A stretch of 61,963 bases of DNA, the filler included, from an uncultured bacterium (lineage in GTDB: Bacteria; CAYUVA01), in the NCBI GenBank assembly GCA_964448115.1. It is 8 parts of 8 records of this genome, joined end to end, with 100 filler letters (N's around TTAATTAATTAA, not from the genome) between each part and the next. Parts side by side here need not be neighbours in the genome. Positions count along the whole stretch, not along the records: positions 42,955 to 49,771 come from CAYUVA010000073.1; positions 49,872 to 55,870 come from CAYUVA010000074.1; positions 55,971 to 61,963 come from CAYUVA010000075.1; 5 more parts are not named here. One strand, given 5' to 3'. The translations under genes were made by a program, and so were the position numbers. Shown one piece after another: positions 48,291 through 59,352 of this stretch. How positions within the stretch are numbered: position 1 is the stretch's first letter; every line of letters starts with the position of its first letter. Below the pieces are notes generated by a model, which saw nothing but the letters and a program-made list of their open reading frames with translations, was not told where the DNA came from and did not search any database.

Positions 48291-49477
48291 AGAAACATGG
48301 CTCTATCCTTCAGATGAGACAATTATCGATATTTTTCACGCTGTTAATAGCACTGCTCAGCTTTGAGACTGGTATTTGCTCCCAGCAGATGGATGCCTTT
48401 AATCAATGTCAGAAGATGATGATTAAAGGCGATTTCCAGGAAGCTATCGATTGCTTCAACGATCTTGAAAGTAGATATCCACAAGGAGAACTTGCTGATG
48501 ATGCGAGGCGAAAGTGTTGCGAGATATACGCTGATGAGCTGTTCGATCTCAATGCAGCCATAAGCTGCATGAAAACATTGAGAACGCTTTATCCCAACAG
48601 CCGGCACGCCTTGTGGGCACAGCGGGCGCTGCAAAGATTGATACCATATCAGGGCAAAGACGCCGAAGCCTGGCAACGATTCAAGTACCTGCAGACCAGG
48701 TATGCCAAGCTATCCGTTGAACAGAGGCTCGAAGGAGGCAAGGAGCTTATCGAGAATTACCCTGAATTCAGGGATATAGACAAGGTATATTACTGGATGG
48801 GCTTGGAGTACTGGAAGGCAAAGGATACCAAAAAGGCAAGGGAGTACTTCGAGGCGATCCCTTACAAGTTCCCGCACAGCAAGTGGGCTGTAACCGCCAA
48901 CGAGGCGGTGGGCGATATGCTTTTTGAGCGCGGTGAATTCGAGAAGTCCATGGAGTACTATCGCAAACTATACGAAAGTGAAAATGTAAACTTCCATAAG
49001 ACCGCTGACATTCGTATAGAAAGGGCAATCAGGCACATTAAGCGCCGATATGTCTCCACTGTCGATATCGTTCTGCTGGTACTAGTGGTGCTTTACATGC
49101 TTTGGCGCATTGATTCTCGCAGTATTCAGCCTAAATATCTTATTTTTATGCTCCCCTGGATTGCGCTGGTCGCGGGGATATTTATCGCTGCTAAACTCAG
49201 CCTTCCGTATATGGATCTCAAGGTAAAAGCCTTCTTTATCAACCTGGCAGTGGCTTCGCTACCCTTTTATATATTGCTTCAGGTTTTCATACTCCACGGC
49301 AAGCCATCGCGCATTACCCCTCTCATCATACCCTTGATTGCAATTCTAGGCCAAGCACTTATTATCATCCAGGTCATGCACCAGATGGACTTGCTTTACG
49401 CCATTGAGCTTCCCTTGGAAAGGCACGGATTGAGTTGGTTCGCCAAGATGTTCGAGTTTTATAAGGGATTGTTTTAA
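48287..49477 (+). CDS. TPR-repeat protein with C-terminal multi-pass membrane region
   Basis: TPR helices ending YP.S/G; about four hydrophobic helices at the C-terminus. Confidence 0.8.
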   Translation: MKKHGSILQMRQLSIFFTLLIALLSFETGICSQQMDAFNQCQKMMIKGDFQEAIDCFNDLESRYPQGELADDARRKCCEIYADELFDLNAAISCMKTLRTLYPNSRHALWAQRALQRLIPYQGKDAEAWQRFKYLQTRYAKLSVEQRLEGGKELIENYPEFRDIDKVYYWMGLEYWKAKDTKKAREYFEAIPYKFPHSKWAVTANEAVGDMLFERGEFEKSMEYYRKLYESENVNFHKTADIRIERAIRHIKRRYVSTVDIVLLVLVVLYMLWRIDSRSIQPKYLIFMLPWIALVAGIFIAAKLSLPYMDLKVKAFFINLAVASLPFYILLQVFILHGKPSRITPLIIPLIAILGQALIIIQVMHQMDLLYAIELPLERHGLSWFAKMFEFYKGLF

Positions 49478-49501
49478 GGGAGAAAGGGCAATATGTAATT
49501 T

Positions 49502-49771
49502 ATGAATAACTCCAATAAAATACTTGTTTATACAATTCTACAAGGCATAATAGTTGTTATTGCGGTGCTTTCTTGTCTCGTTTATACTCCTAGCTCATTA
49601 TTTTACAATAATATTTTATACTTTATTTATGCTTTATTAGTATTGGCTATTTTAATATTCGGGATTATACTTTTGATCAGGAAAACCGTCATCTTGGGCG
49701 ATGTATTTGGTGCAATCGCTTCCTCATTAGCTGTAAGCCACCTGAACCAGTTGACCCTCGCCAGGGTCGAT
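49502..49771 (+). CDS. AT-rich membrane protein, partial
   Basis: Hydrophobic ORF running into the gap. Confidence 0.45.
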
Positions 49772-49871
49772 NNNNNNNNNNNNNNNNNNNNNNNNNNNNN
49801 NNNNNNNNNNNNNNNTTAATTAATTAANNNNNNNNNNNNNNNNNNNNNNNNNNNNNNNNNNNNNNNNNNNN

Positions 49872-50405
49872 ACGCTCACGGCTCGGTTATATATATATTG
49901 ACCGCTCGCTTACGCTCCTCCCGCTGGAGTCTGTCTCAAACCCCCCACCTGTCATCCCGAGCGGAGCGGAACAAAGTGAAGCGAAGTCGAGGGATCTCTG
50001 TAAGGTATTGTAAATAAAGAGATTCCTCGACTCGCTCGCTTACGCTCACTCGCTCGGAATGACAGGGTATGGGATTTCTTGGACATTTTGATACAAACTT
50101 CGCTGGGAGAGCTGGGTTGAGGGTCTTTCTTTCCTCTATCACTTTATCACGGTATCACTTCCTCTTTGTGCCTTTGTTGTTCAATATGTCTCTATCACTT
50201 TATAACTTCCCGTGATTACTGGCTTCCCGCCTGCGCGGGAATGACAAGGGCTGGATGCCTGCCTGCGCGGGAATGACGAGGGCGGGATTCCCGCCGGAGT
50301 TTACCCCGCACTTGATGCGTCGCGGGCATGATAATAGGGGGGTAATAAACTCCTAAACGAGAAACAATAAACCAAAACACGAGAAAACGAGAAAACGATA
50401 AACTT
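49872..50405. repeat. Cluster of REP-like palindromes and a long inverted repeat
   Basis: CTGTCATCCCGAGCG...GAGGGATCTC / GAGATTCCTC...CGCTCGGAATGACAG; CCTGCGCGGGAATGAC twice; (ACGAGAAA)n. Confidence 0.8.
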
Positions 50406-50511
50406 TCCATCGTCTATATTGCTTCTACATTCCGAAGTAATGGATCGCCTTATGAGTGTATTTAACATTCGTGATAATGTTATGCTAAATAACAGCATAA
50501 CAAGGAGAAAC

Positions 50512-50675
50512 ATGATGGTTAAAAGAAAAGGCTCAGCGATATGACAGGGAGGTCTAAAATCAGGCAGGGGAATGGTCAAACTGGTTGGCGGCGCTTTCGA
50601 GGGCGCTTACAGCTTCGGTTCAAGGTTCGAGCAAGGCACAGGCACCAAGCCTGATGAACTAATCGCTGCTACTAT
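50512..50675 (+). pseudogene. osmC: osmC 5' remnant with nonsense mutation
   Basis: AAGGAG RBS; MMVKRKGSAI*QGGLKSGRG...YSFGSRFEQGTGTKPDELIAA matches the OsmC N-terminus with W to TGA; catalytic Cys region absent. Confidence 0.75.
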
Positions 50676-50727
50676 TTTCCTTGATTTTGAAAAAATTTCA
50701 TTAGGCAGCTATGATCGCCCTGTCAAG

Positions 50728-51690
50728 ATGAAAATGATACTAGACGAGGCAAAAAGGGTTCTTGAGATCGAGGCAGAGGCGATCCTTGCAATAAAGGATC
50801 GCCTGAATGCCAGCTTCACTAAGGCGGTAGAACTGATCCTCGAATGCAAAGGAAGAATTATCATCAGCGGCATGGGCAAGTCAGGGCTTGTCGGGCGCAA
50901 GATCGCCGCCACCCTTGCCAGCACCGGCACACCTGCATTTTTTATTCACCCCGGCGAGGCGATACACGGCGACCTGGGCATGATTACAGATGATGACATT
51001 CTCCTCGCCATCTCCAAGAGCGGTAATACAGAAGAACTAGCTGCAATACTTCCTTACATCAAGCGGAAAGGGTTGAAGCTCATCGCAATGGTAGGGAATC
51101 TCAACTCGCACCTTGCAAAGGTTGCTGACATCGTGCTAGATGTTACGGTCGCTGAGGAGGCATGCCCACTTGGACAAGCCCCAACCGCGAGCACTACCGC
51201 AGCCTTAGCGCTAGGTGATGCCCTGGCTATCGTGCTTCTGAAGAAGCGGGGTTTCAGGCTGGAGGACTTCGCATCGCTGCATCCTGGTGGATCACTTGGC
51301 AAACGCCTGATCACCCGGGTTGAGGACCTAATGCACACCGGCGATGATATACCATTTGTTTATCCCGATGCCACGCTTGCTGAAGTGCTGGTGGTGATGA
51401 CCAGTAAGAAGCTCGGTTGCACCTGTGTAGCCGATAGTGATAACCACCTTCTTGGCATCTTTACCGATGGTGATCTTAGGAGGCTTCTTCCCACTAAACC
51501 AAATCTTGATGCCCTTAAGATAAACGAGATCATGACCCGAAATCCCTCGACCATTGACAAAGACAGCCTGGCAGTCAAGGCGCTAAAGGTGATGGAGGGA
51601 CGCATCACGCAGTTGCCCGTGGTCGATTCCAATAATCGCCTTATCGGCATCGTTCATATACACGATCTGCTAAAAGCAGGTATTGTTTAG
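50728..51690 (+). CDS. kdsD: Arabinose-5-phosphate isomerase (KpsF/GutQ; SIS + 2 CBS)
   Basis: GMGKSG, STGTPAFFIHPGEAIHGDLG, APTASTT, HPGGSLG, GIFTDGDLRR. Confidence 0.96.
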   Translation: MKMILDEAKRVLEIEAEAILAIKDRLNASFTKAVELILECKGRIIISGMGKSGLVGRKIAATLASTGTPAFFIHPGEAIHGDLGMITDDDILLAISKSGNTEELAAILPYIKRKGLKLIAMVGNLNSHLAKVADIVLDVTVAEEACPLGQAPTASTTAALALGDALAIVLLKKRGFRLEDFASLHPGGSLGKRLITRVEDLMHTGDDIPFVYPDATLAEVLVVMTSKKLGCTCVADSDNHLLGIFTDGDLRRLLPTKPNLDALKINEIMTRNPSTIDKDSLAVKALKVMEGRITQLPVVDSNNRLIGIVHIHDLLKAGIV

Positions 51691-51699
51691 CTCGGAGAG

Positions 51700-53433
51700 C
51701 TACTCCTTAACGCTCAGGTGCTTGTACTTTTTAAGATATCGAACCGGTTTCTTGAGTGCATCGCGGCGGAAAGGCTCAGCAAGAACCTTCGCTCCACCCT
51801 CTATGACCGCATCGATAACACAAGGCTCATGCGATGCGACCGCATCCTTGATAACATCCTGTACATCTCGATACTCCTCGACGCGATACCCTTTGGCGCC
51901 CATATCTTCGGCTATCTTGGCGAAGTTGGGATTATCAGGTAGATTAGTCCCCACAAAGCGATTGGCATAGTAATCGATCTGATTCTTCTTCTCAGCGCCC
52001 CACTCGTGGTTATTGAATACAACAGCGATCACAGGTATCCTCTCCCTGACCGCAGTCATTACCTCGGCAAGTCCACTGATACCCCAGGCGCCATCCCCTT
52101 GCAGGGCAAACACCGGCGCATCCGGCTTGGCTACTTTTGCTCCCAAGGCTGCTCCGTAAGCGAACCCGCAATTGCCCCAGGTCAAGGCTGCTATGTGCTG
52201 GCGAATATCGTTGAACCTAAGATAACTGTTCGCCATGGAAACGGTATTGCCGATATCAGTCGTTACAATCGAGCCTCTAGGCATCGCCCGGGACAGTTCC
52301 CAAAGCAGTCGCCGCGGGTGCATCAGCTTATTGGTCGATGATGACCAGTTTCTTAGCTCCTCTTGCCAGGCTTCCTTTTGAGCCTTCACATCAGCGAGCC
52401 TTTGCTTATCAGGTTGTGTATCATTATTTTCCTGTTTAAGCATTGTCAGCAGCTCTCTGGAAAATTCCTTGCAATCAGCCATGATGGGCAATTCAACCCT
52501 GCGACTAAGACCGAGCACGCGCAAATTTCTATCTACCTGTATGACCTTGGCGTTTTCCGGCCAGTAATTGATATCGTATTGGGGCAGTGTGCCGAATGGT
52601 CCCAGCCTACATCCCAAAGCAAGCACAAGATCAGCCTTAGAGATTATTCTCATCGCTGCCTTTGATCCGCAATAGCCGATAGGACCGACCGATAAAGGAT
52701 GATCTGCCGGGAAGGTATCATTGTGGAGATAGCTATTGACCACTGGCGCAGTCAAATATTCAGCCAACTCTATCGTCTCCTCAAGTGCATCCCCCTGCGA
52801 GACACCACCCCCGGCTAGAATTACAGGATACTTTGCGCTTTTTAACATACTAGCAGCCTGCCTGAGATCATCTCTTGAACCAGCGCCAAAGCTTATCAGC
52901 GGGGTTTGATAGATTTCATCCTCGCACTCGCCATAGAAGTAGTCCCTTGGGATGTTCAACTGAGTCGGTGCCAGCTCGTTCTTGGCTATATAGAAGCAGC
53001 GCCGTGCCAGCTCAGCCATACGATCCGGTCGATTCACTCGCACCTGATAGACAGTGCTTCGTTCAAACATAGGGAGTTGATCCAGCTCCTGGAAACCGCC
53101 GGTGCCGATCCCCTTGGATCCGGTCTCAGGGGTAATCACCACCACCGGCGAATGTGCCCAGTAGGCAGCTGTAATAGCTGAGACCATATTGGCGATCCCA
53201 GGTCCGTTTTGTCCAATGCAGGTTTGCACTCTGCCGCTCACCCTTGCCATTGCATCAGCAGCATGTGCCGCAGCCTGTTCATGCGCAACATATATGAAAC
53301 GGATGCCGGCGGCTGGAAAAAGATCCAGGGCATCCATAAAGGCAGAGCCGACCAATCCGAAACAGACCTCGATCCCCTCGGCGACCATGGTCTCAACTAG
53401 TGCCTCGCTCGATGTCATTCTCAACTTGCTCAT
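51700..53433 (-). CDS. xsc: Sulfoacetaldehyde acetyltransferase
   Basis: GLVGSAFMDALDLFPAAGIRF, QNGPGI, YLHNDTFP, GTLPQYDI, GDGAWG, WGAEKKNQIDYYANRFVG; CAGGAG RBS. Confidence 0.92.
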   Translation of the reverse strand: MSKLRMTSSEALVETMVAEGIEVCFGLVGSAFMDALDLFPAAGIRFIYVAHEQAAAHAADAMARVSGRVQTCIGQNGPGIANMVSAITAAYWAHSPVVVITPETGSKGIGTGGFQELDQLPMFERSTVYQVRVNRPDRMAELARRCFYIAKNELAPTQLNIPRDYFYGECEDEIYQTPLISFGAGSRDDLRQAASMLKSAKYPVILAGGGVSQGDALEETIELAEYLTAPVVNSYLHNDTFPADHPLSVGPIGYCGSKAAMRIISKADLVLALGCRLGPFGTLPQYDINYWPENAKVIQVDRNLRVLGLSRRVELPIMADCKEFSRELLTMLKQENNDTQPDKQRLADVKAQKEAWQEELRNWSSSTNKLMHPRRLLWELSRAMPRGSIVTTDIGNTVSMANSYLRFNDIRQHIAALTWGNCGFAYGAALGAKVAKPDAPVFALQGDGAWGISGLAEVMTAVRERIPVIAVVFNNHEWGAEKKNQIDYYANRFVGTNLPDNPNFAKIAEDMGAKGYRVEEYRDVQDVIKDAVASHEPCVIDAVIEGGAKVLAEPFRRDALKKPVRYLKKYKHLSVKE

Positions 53434-53589
53434 GTTCAACTCCTGTAGTAAAAACTTAATGATTCGTCTGTAATATAGCCCTTGTTTTCAAATCACGCAA
53501 AGACACAAAAACGCTAAGTAAAAGGAGGAAGTCATAGAATGGGTAAAGTGATAAAGAATTAATAAACCACTTCACAATGTCCCAGTAGC

Positions 53590-53840
53590 CAAGGCGCTCG
53601 CGCAAGCGAGCGCCTAACGCGCCCTCCCCCCGCCGAATCATTTGATCTATGCGAAATTCCAAGGCGGGGGGAGGGCGCACGCAACCGCCGACATTATTCC
53701 TAAGATTATTTCCTTACGTCGGCGGTTGCGTCCGAACGCGAGCAAAGCGAGCGCCCAAAAAAGCTCAGGGACACACTCCCGATTAGCCATAAAAACAGCC
53801 ATAGCAAATCAACAGCAGCGAGCGCAAGCGAGCGCCCTAC
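53590..53840. repeat. Short dispersed GCGAGC(GCA/AA)AGCGAGCGCC repeats
   Basis: Three related copies near 53595, 53737 and 53818 in intergenic DNA. Confidence 0.6.
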
Positions 53841-54033
53841 TCACCTCAAACCCCATGGATTATGCCCAATAAAACCTCTCCAGAGAACATCGTCCATCTT
53901 CCAGCAACAATATCTGTCGAGCAGGGGAAAAACTAATCACTGGATCGATATTAAGTATTTATTAAAGTTATGTTATCCTTAATCACGATGAGACGATAAT
54001 ATTAAGATGTAATTGACCTGCAAGGAACATAAC

Positions 54034-55870
54034 ATGGTAAAAAAATTGATCGTTGGAGGTATCTTATTGCTTGTAGCATTATTCTGCACGCCAAAAGAAA
54101 AAATACCCATGATGCTTGGAAGCTCGAATGATGATCTTTGCATCGAGTTCGATGATAAAACAGGCTTCATTAGAGCTATAAAGGCAACCGATCACCACGG
54201 TTATACGCTCGACTTTTTACTAGACTATAAGCTTGCGGAAAAGAGTTTGCTCGGTTCGTTTGTTGTGGAATATCGTTTCAATGAAAACGAGAGTTGGAAT
54301 ATCCTGAATTCGGCTAGCGAAAATGTATCGCCTGAGATTATTCAAAATGGCGAATCTATAATCATCACCAATGATTACAGGCAGCATCCAATAAAATCGG
54401 TCATGGAATTCAAGCGCCTTGCCAAGGGGCATTACTTGTGGAAGATCATCTTGCACAACCAAGACTCAAGGTCAATGGAGATCGGAGCTATCGGCTTTCC
54501 TTTGCCTTTCAATAATAATTACTATGACGGATTCAGCCAAAATGACGAGAGCATGCAGAAATTGTTTTGCTCCCGTGTCTATGTGCAGAAATATATCGGT
54601 GGCTATAGCTCTTACATTCTGCTACGACGATTGAACGGCGAGAATCCTAACCTGCTATTTTCAACTGGCAAGGGAACCAAGTTGGAATTGACATATTTCC
54701 AGAAAAAGGACTGGGAGGGAATTCCGTGGGTATATGCCTTCTCCAAATCGACTAAACGAACACTGAAGACCGCTCAGGATTGGATTAACGGGCATAGCTC
54801 TACTTCGCTAATCAAGGGCACTCCCCTGGAACTTTCCTTTCATTTCAGACGATTGGAGGGCAAAAGACACGATAAAAAGGTGCACGATATGCTCCATTAC
54901 CTGGTTCACGATTCGCTGTTGGAGGATGGTAAGTTCGCCTTCGAGAGCTATCCGGGCATGGTAATACCAAGCAATAGCGAAGCATTGCTGCTGGTCAAGA
55001 ACAAGGAAGGTCAATATAACATCTCGAATAATAAACAGGCTGAGATAACTTACGCCCACCCCGAGCGCAGAATCCCCATATTCAATGTCAATTTCAAGGA
55101 GAAGGGATTGAATGTCTTACAAGTGAAGAGGGATAACGGTGAGTGGTCGAATATGCACTATTATGTCATCGATCCACCGAGGGAACTCCTGAAGCGCCGG
55201 GCGAGATTCATCCTTGAGAATCAGCTCGATAATACAAAAGGTGAGATTCTAAGTGGCGCATTTCTAGTCCGCGATAATATAAGCGGGGAGCTTATTCGCC
55301 AGCCCAACTACGGCTGGGGAAGCGGCGGCTACGAGGGGGGAGTTACCGAGGCGATGTTCCTTGCCAAGAAGAACTCGATAATCCCCGATAGGGTCGAGAT
55401 CGCAGCATTGGAGAAGTATGTCGATGACTTCCTGCTCAACAAGCTGCAGAATCCGAGCTCCTACGAGGTGGGGTGGTTTATCAACCAGTTCCAAGCAGCA
55501 TCGAGGGTGGGGAGACCTTACAACTATGCCCATAATATCAATTTCTATATATCCATGTACCTGATCGGCAGAAATTATGGCATGTTGCAAAAAAGAAGCG
55601 CTCAAGATTACCTGCGACTTGCCTATGAGAGCGCAATGGCAATGTTTCGCTTCGGATGGTGGTGGCACTTGACCCATGTCGGTTTCATGAATTACAGCAT
55701 CCTATATGAGATGGTCGATATGCTGAACGATCAGGGATGGAGTGAAAAGGCTGACTTATTGGAGCGTAAGCTACGCTGGCGGGCAAAAGAGGTGCTTAGT
55801 TATGAGTTTCCTTACTCTGCGGAGCCGCTCTATGATACGACAGGTTACGAGGATATCTACTTCACAGCCA
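54034..55870 (+). CDS. DUF5695-like putative glycoside hydrolase, 3' end lost
   Basis: Signal peptide; IGFPLPFNN, WEG, RPYNYAH, YSAEPLYDTTGYEDIY. Confidence 0.65.
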
Positions 55871-55970
55871 NNNNNNNNNNNNNNNNNNNNNNNNNNNNNN
55901 NNNNNNNNNNNNNNTTAATTAATTAANNNNNNNNNNNNNNNNNNNNNNNNNNNNNNNNNNNNNNNNNNNN

Positions 55971-56315
55971 CGCCTGGTTGTAATAGGAAAGCGCCTGGTC
56001 GTATTGACCCAAAGAGTCATAGACCCCGCCGATGTTGTTGATCAGCGTGGCGCAGTTTTGTCCGGGTGGAACCTCGATCCTTTTCATTATGGAAAGCGCC
56101 TGCTCGAAATACTGCAAGGCGTCGCGGTAATTGCCGTAATTTAAGGCATTCATTCCTTTATTGTTTAATTCAAAAGCTTTGTCATAATCGCTTTGCGCCG
56201 CTGCATTCCCTGCAAACATGCAGAGCATCATCGCCACCAATAATACACAAACCATCCCCGTCGCAGACCATAAGCCTGTCATCCCATCAATAATAGTCCT
56301 TCTCGTTGTTTTCAT
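55971..56315 (-). CDS. Secreted TPR protein, N-terminal part
   Basis: Signal peptide then ATLINNIGGVYDSLGQYDQALSYYNQA TPRs; runs into the gap. Confidence 0.85.
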
Positions 56316-56606
56316 ATTACTTCTCCTCTGATTTAGGATTTTAAGGTCTATTATATGCTTGAATTTTCCAATGTCAACTTTTTTCTCCCCCCGTTCGCGG
56401 GGGGAAATGGGGGGGTAGGCTTGATGCTTGATGCTTGAGGGTTTTTAAACCACCAAGGCACATAGGCACTAAGGGGAAAGTGATACCGTGATACCGTGAT
56501 ACCGTGTTACTGTCTGCATTGACATAATAGGCACGCTTGGATATTTAAGTTCAAGACATAGTGGATGATACTTCGATATAATAAAGTCTCAGGAAGATAA
56601 AAATTT

Positions 56607-57284
56607 GTGTGCACTCCAGTGGGACATGCTCTAGCCGGTGGAATAGGGCTATTGCTGGTTGAGAGAGATTCAAGCTGGTTCAAGAAACCCTTGAATTGGG
56701 CTATACTAACCGTGGTTGCGTTTTTTCCTGATCTTGATATCATTCTTGATGTAATCTTCCAGCCAGATGATCCCTTTCACCACAGCTATAGCCACAGCAT
56801 CGGGGCAGCTTTAGGATTTACTTTTCTATTCGCCCTTATCATCATGCTGAGAGCGAGTAAAATAGGGCAGAACAGGGTCAACGATGTGAAGCCCGATCGT
56901 TTGCTTTCACTTACCTGGCAGGGATTTCTTGTTATCTACCTGAGCCACCTTGTAGCCGATTTTTTCACTCATGATGGCAGCCCTCCATTGGGTGGCAGAT
57001 ACCTGTTTCCCATATACTGGGACTATATCTATTTTCCGCATGTTCTTTTCCGCCCTGCCTATAAAGGCACATTTGATCAAACCGTATCGATTGATAATAT
57101 ATTGAGCATCATTGGCGAGATTTTGATTCTCGGTCCAATATTACTATTGGTAATGGTATATAAGGATTATAATAAAAGTTACAATAAAAGATTATACTCT
57201 ACAATTGCCATTATAGTCTACATATTGTATGTCGTAATGCTAATGGATACTTTTCCTTTTTTGTTCCCTTTTACCCATGGATGA
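56607..57284 (+). CDS. YdjM-like metal-dependent inner-membrane hydrolase
   Basis: TPVGH, PDLD, HHSYSHS, SHLVAD. Confidence 0.88.
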   Translation: MCTPVGHALAGGIGLLLVERDSSWFKKPLNWAILTVVAFFPDLDIILDVIFQPDDPFHHSYSHSIGAALGFTFLFALIIMLRASKIGQNRVNDVKPDRLLSLTWQGFLVIYLSHLVADFFTHDGSPPLGGRYLFPIYWDYIYFPHVLFRPAYKGTFDQTVSIDNILSIIGEILILGPILLLVMVYKDYNKSYNKRLYSTIAIIVYILYVVMLMDTFPFLFPFTHG

Positions 57285-58455
57285 AGAACTGATCGAAAGG
57301 CTGTATTGCTGGTCGCGAGGGGAGGCTGCACCTCCTTATGTTATCGAGGCTCATATCACCAATCTATGCAACCTGGCATGTCGCTTTTGCTGGCTTCAAC
57401 TTGCCGATAAGGTGGATGCCAGGCATGAGCTTAGCGAGCATCGTTTCATTGAGCTTGTCGAGGAATCGGCTGCACTCGGCGTCAGGGAGTGGCGGATCAT
57501 CGGCGGTGGCGAGCCGCTAGTGAAAAAGAGGCTCGTTTCCTCGATGATATCAAGGATCAAGCAGCTTGGCATGAGCGGAAATCTGACCACTAGCGGCGTG
57601 CTTTTGGATGATGAATTCATGAAGTTATTGTTTGATTGCGGTTGGGATGTGCTTACTATCTCACTGGATTCAGCGGTGCCTGAGACCAACGACTACCTGC
57701 GGGGCAAAGAGGGAGCATTCGAGCTGGTCGATGAGCGGCTTAGACGACTGCGAGCCTTGAGAGAGTCGCATAAAAACGAACTGGAGCTAAGATTTCATCC
57801 CGTGCTTTGCTATCACAACTACCATGAGGCGAGCGAGCTTATTCGCTATGCCAGCGAGCGTGGCGTAAGCAAGGTGCTCTTCCAGCCAGTAACCATCTAT
57901 GATAGCTCCATGGCTCAATTCAGCTTATCCAGGATATCGAATGATGAACTGCTCGATGCCCTGAACAAGGCAGATGATATCGCGGGCGAGCTGGGTATAT
58001 TCACCAATCTGGAGGGCTTGATGGCTGATATCGGATTGCTCACCAAGACCGATCTCATGGATAAGGTCTTGAAGTCTAGCATTAATGAAGCAGAGGATAA
58101 CCGCTTCCTTCGACTCCCCTGCCTTGAGCCTTGGTATCTGGTCTTGATACGACCTGATGGGCTGGTAACGCCGTGCAATAGGTTCGATTATGATGGCGAG
58201 GATGGGAAGCTGTTGAAGATAGAAGATATATGGTACGGGGAATTCTTCAACAAGGTGCGCAGGCAGTTGTATGAGGGCAATCTGCTGCCGGTTTGTGCCA
58301 CCTGCTGCGCGGGCGGTGTTATAGTAAACCGCAGACTGATGGAGATGCTCAAGAGGCGATGCTCTGGGCATCCTGGCAGCTCCCCTGAAAATCAGGCTAA
58401 ACAAATGCCAAGTAAAGGTCTTATCGCCTTGATGAAGAAGATATTTCACTTTTAA
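57277..58455 (+). CDS. Radical SAM protein with SPASM/Twitch domain
   Basis: CNLACRFC, GGGEPL, CLEPW...DGLVTPC...CATC. Confidence 0.92.
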   Translation: MDEELIERLYCWSRGEAAPPYVIEAHITNLCNLACRFCWLQLADKVDARHELSEHRFIELVEESAALGVREWRIIGGGEPLVKKRLVSSMISRIKQLGMSGNLTTSGVLLDDEFMKLLFDCGWDVLTISLDSAVPETNDYLRGKEGAFELVDERLRRLRALRESHKNELELRFHPVLCYHNYHEASELIRYASERGVSKVLFQPVTIYDSSMAQFSLSRISNDELLDALNKADDIAGELGIFTNLEGLMADIGLLTKTDLMDKVLKSSINEAEDNRFLRLPCLEPWYLVLIRPDGLVTPCNRFDYDGEDGKLLKIEDIWYGEFFNKVRRQLYEGNLLPVCATCCAGGVIVNRRLMEMLKRRCSGHPGSSPENQAKQMPSKGLIALMKKIFHF

Positions 58456-58518
58456 GCTAGAATTGTTATAGTTACCTTGAAGATAGTTGAGCAGTTGAAT
58501 TGTTAACCAGGTCTGTAT

Positions 58519-59352
58519 ATGGATAGAGCATTGAGCCGGATGAGAGATCGATCCACAGCCTACTTATGGTTAGCTCATTGTAACCTGGTATGCTTATTAT
58601 TATGCCTTACTGTCGCTTCCTGCATAAGCGGGGAACAGAAGGCTGCCGAACAGGTTCGCAAGCTCATAGATGCCAAACTTCGTGGGGATGAGATGGCTGC
58701 CCTTGAGGCGCAAGAAAAACTTTTAGACCTCGATGAGCACGCAGTAAAACCGCTTATTGAGAACCTTAACATCGATGATCCCGCAATCCAGGCATCGATC
58801 ATATCGATCCTAGGATATATAGGCCAGCCTTGCCTTGAGGAGCTACAAAAGACGGCTAACTCCAAAGATTCGAAGCTCCGCATAGCCTCCCTAAAGGTGC
58901 TGGAACAGATCGACCATGCCCAAGCCCTGCGCATCATTGAAGGAGCATTGCAAGACCCGGATCAAGATATACAGTTTTACGCAGCAGGTATCCTTGCAAG
59001 AAAAGGGAAAGATACAGGCACTGACTTCCTCATCGAGGCATTTAAAAGGGGCAATCATACAACAAAGCTAAAAGCCATAAACATAATGGCTAATATAAAG
59101 AATAAAAAGTTCATCCCCATGTACTATCGAGGCTTATCCGACATCTCGGTGGAGATTAAGATCCAGGCAATTAGAGGGCTGGGATATAACCAGGTCTCGG
59201 AATCGGTGAACTTCCTCAAGGATATAATGAACAACAACAGCTATTACAAGCTGCGCAGGGAGGCAGCTATTGCAATCGAGAATATTACCGGCATAAAGAT
59301 GAAATATAAAAACGAGAAGGGAAAATATGTTACCCGTGATGAGGATATCTAA
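58519..59352 (+). CDS. HEAT-repeat lipoprotein-like protein
   Basis: VASC lipobox-like site; LIENL..DDP, ALQDPD, LRREAAIAIENITG. Confidence 0.8.
   Translation: MDRALSRMRDRSTAYLWLAHCNLVCLLLCLTVASCISGEQKAAEQVRKLIDAKLRGDEMAALEAQEKLLDLDEHAVKPLIENLNIDDPAIQASIISILGYIGQPCLEELQKTANSKDSKLRIASLKVLEQIDHAQALRIIEGALQDPDQDIQFYAAGILARKGKDTGTDFLIEAFKRGNHTTKLKAINIMANIKNKKFIPMYYRGLSDISVEIKIQAIRGLGYNQVSESVNFLKDIMNNNSYYKLRREAAIAIENITGIKMKYKNEKGKYVTRDEDI

Noticed and set aside
50542-50544. In-frame TGA at a conserved Trp position as evidence of TGA recoding or selenocysteine
   Set aside because: TGA terminates normal genes here (murF, cusB) and the osmC copy is also truncated, so a nonsense mutation is the simpler explanation.
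10749-55970. TTAATTAATTAA motif repeated seven times
   Set aside because: Artificial six-frame-stop linker inside N runs, not biological; cross-linker neighbourhoods (for example CRISPR next to cusA, Avs next to TauE) were not interpreted.
56415-56506. Short tandem repeats (GCTTGAT)x3 and (GTGATACC)x3
   Set aside because: Too short, no spacers and no associated gene; treated as intergenic microsatellite-like relics.
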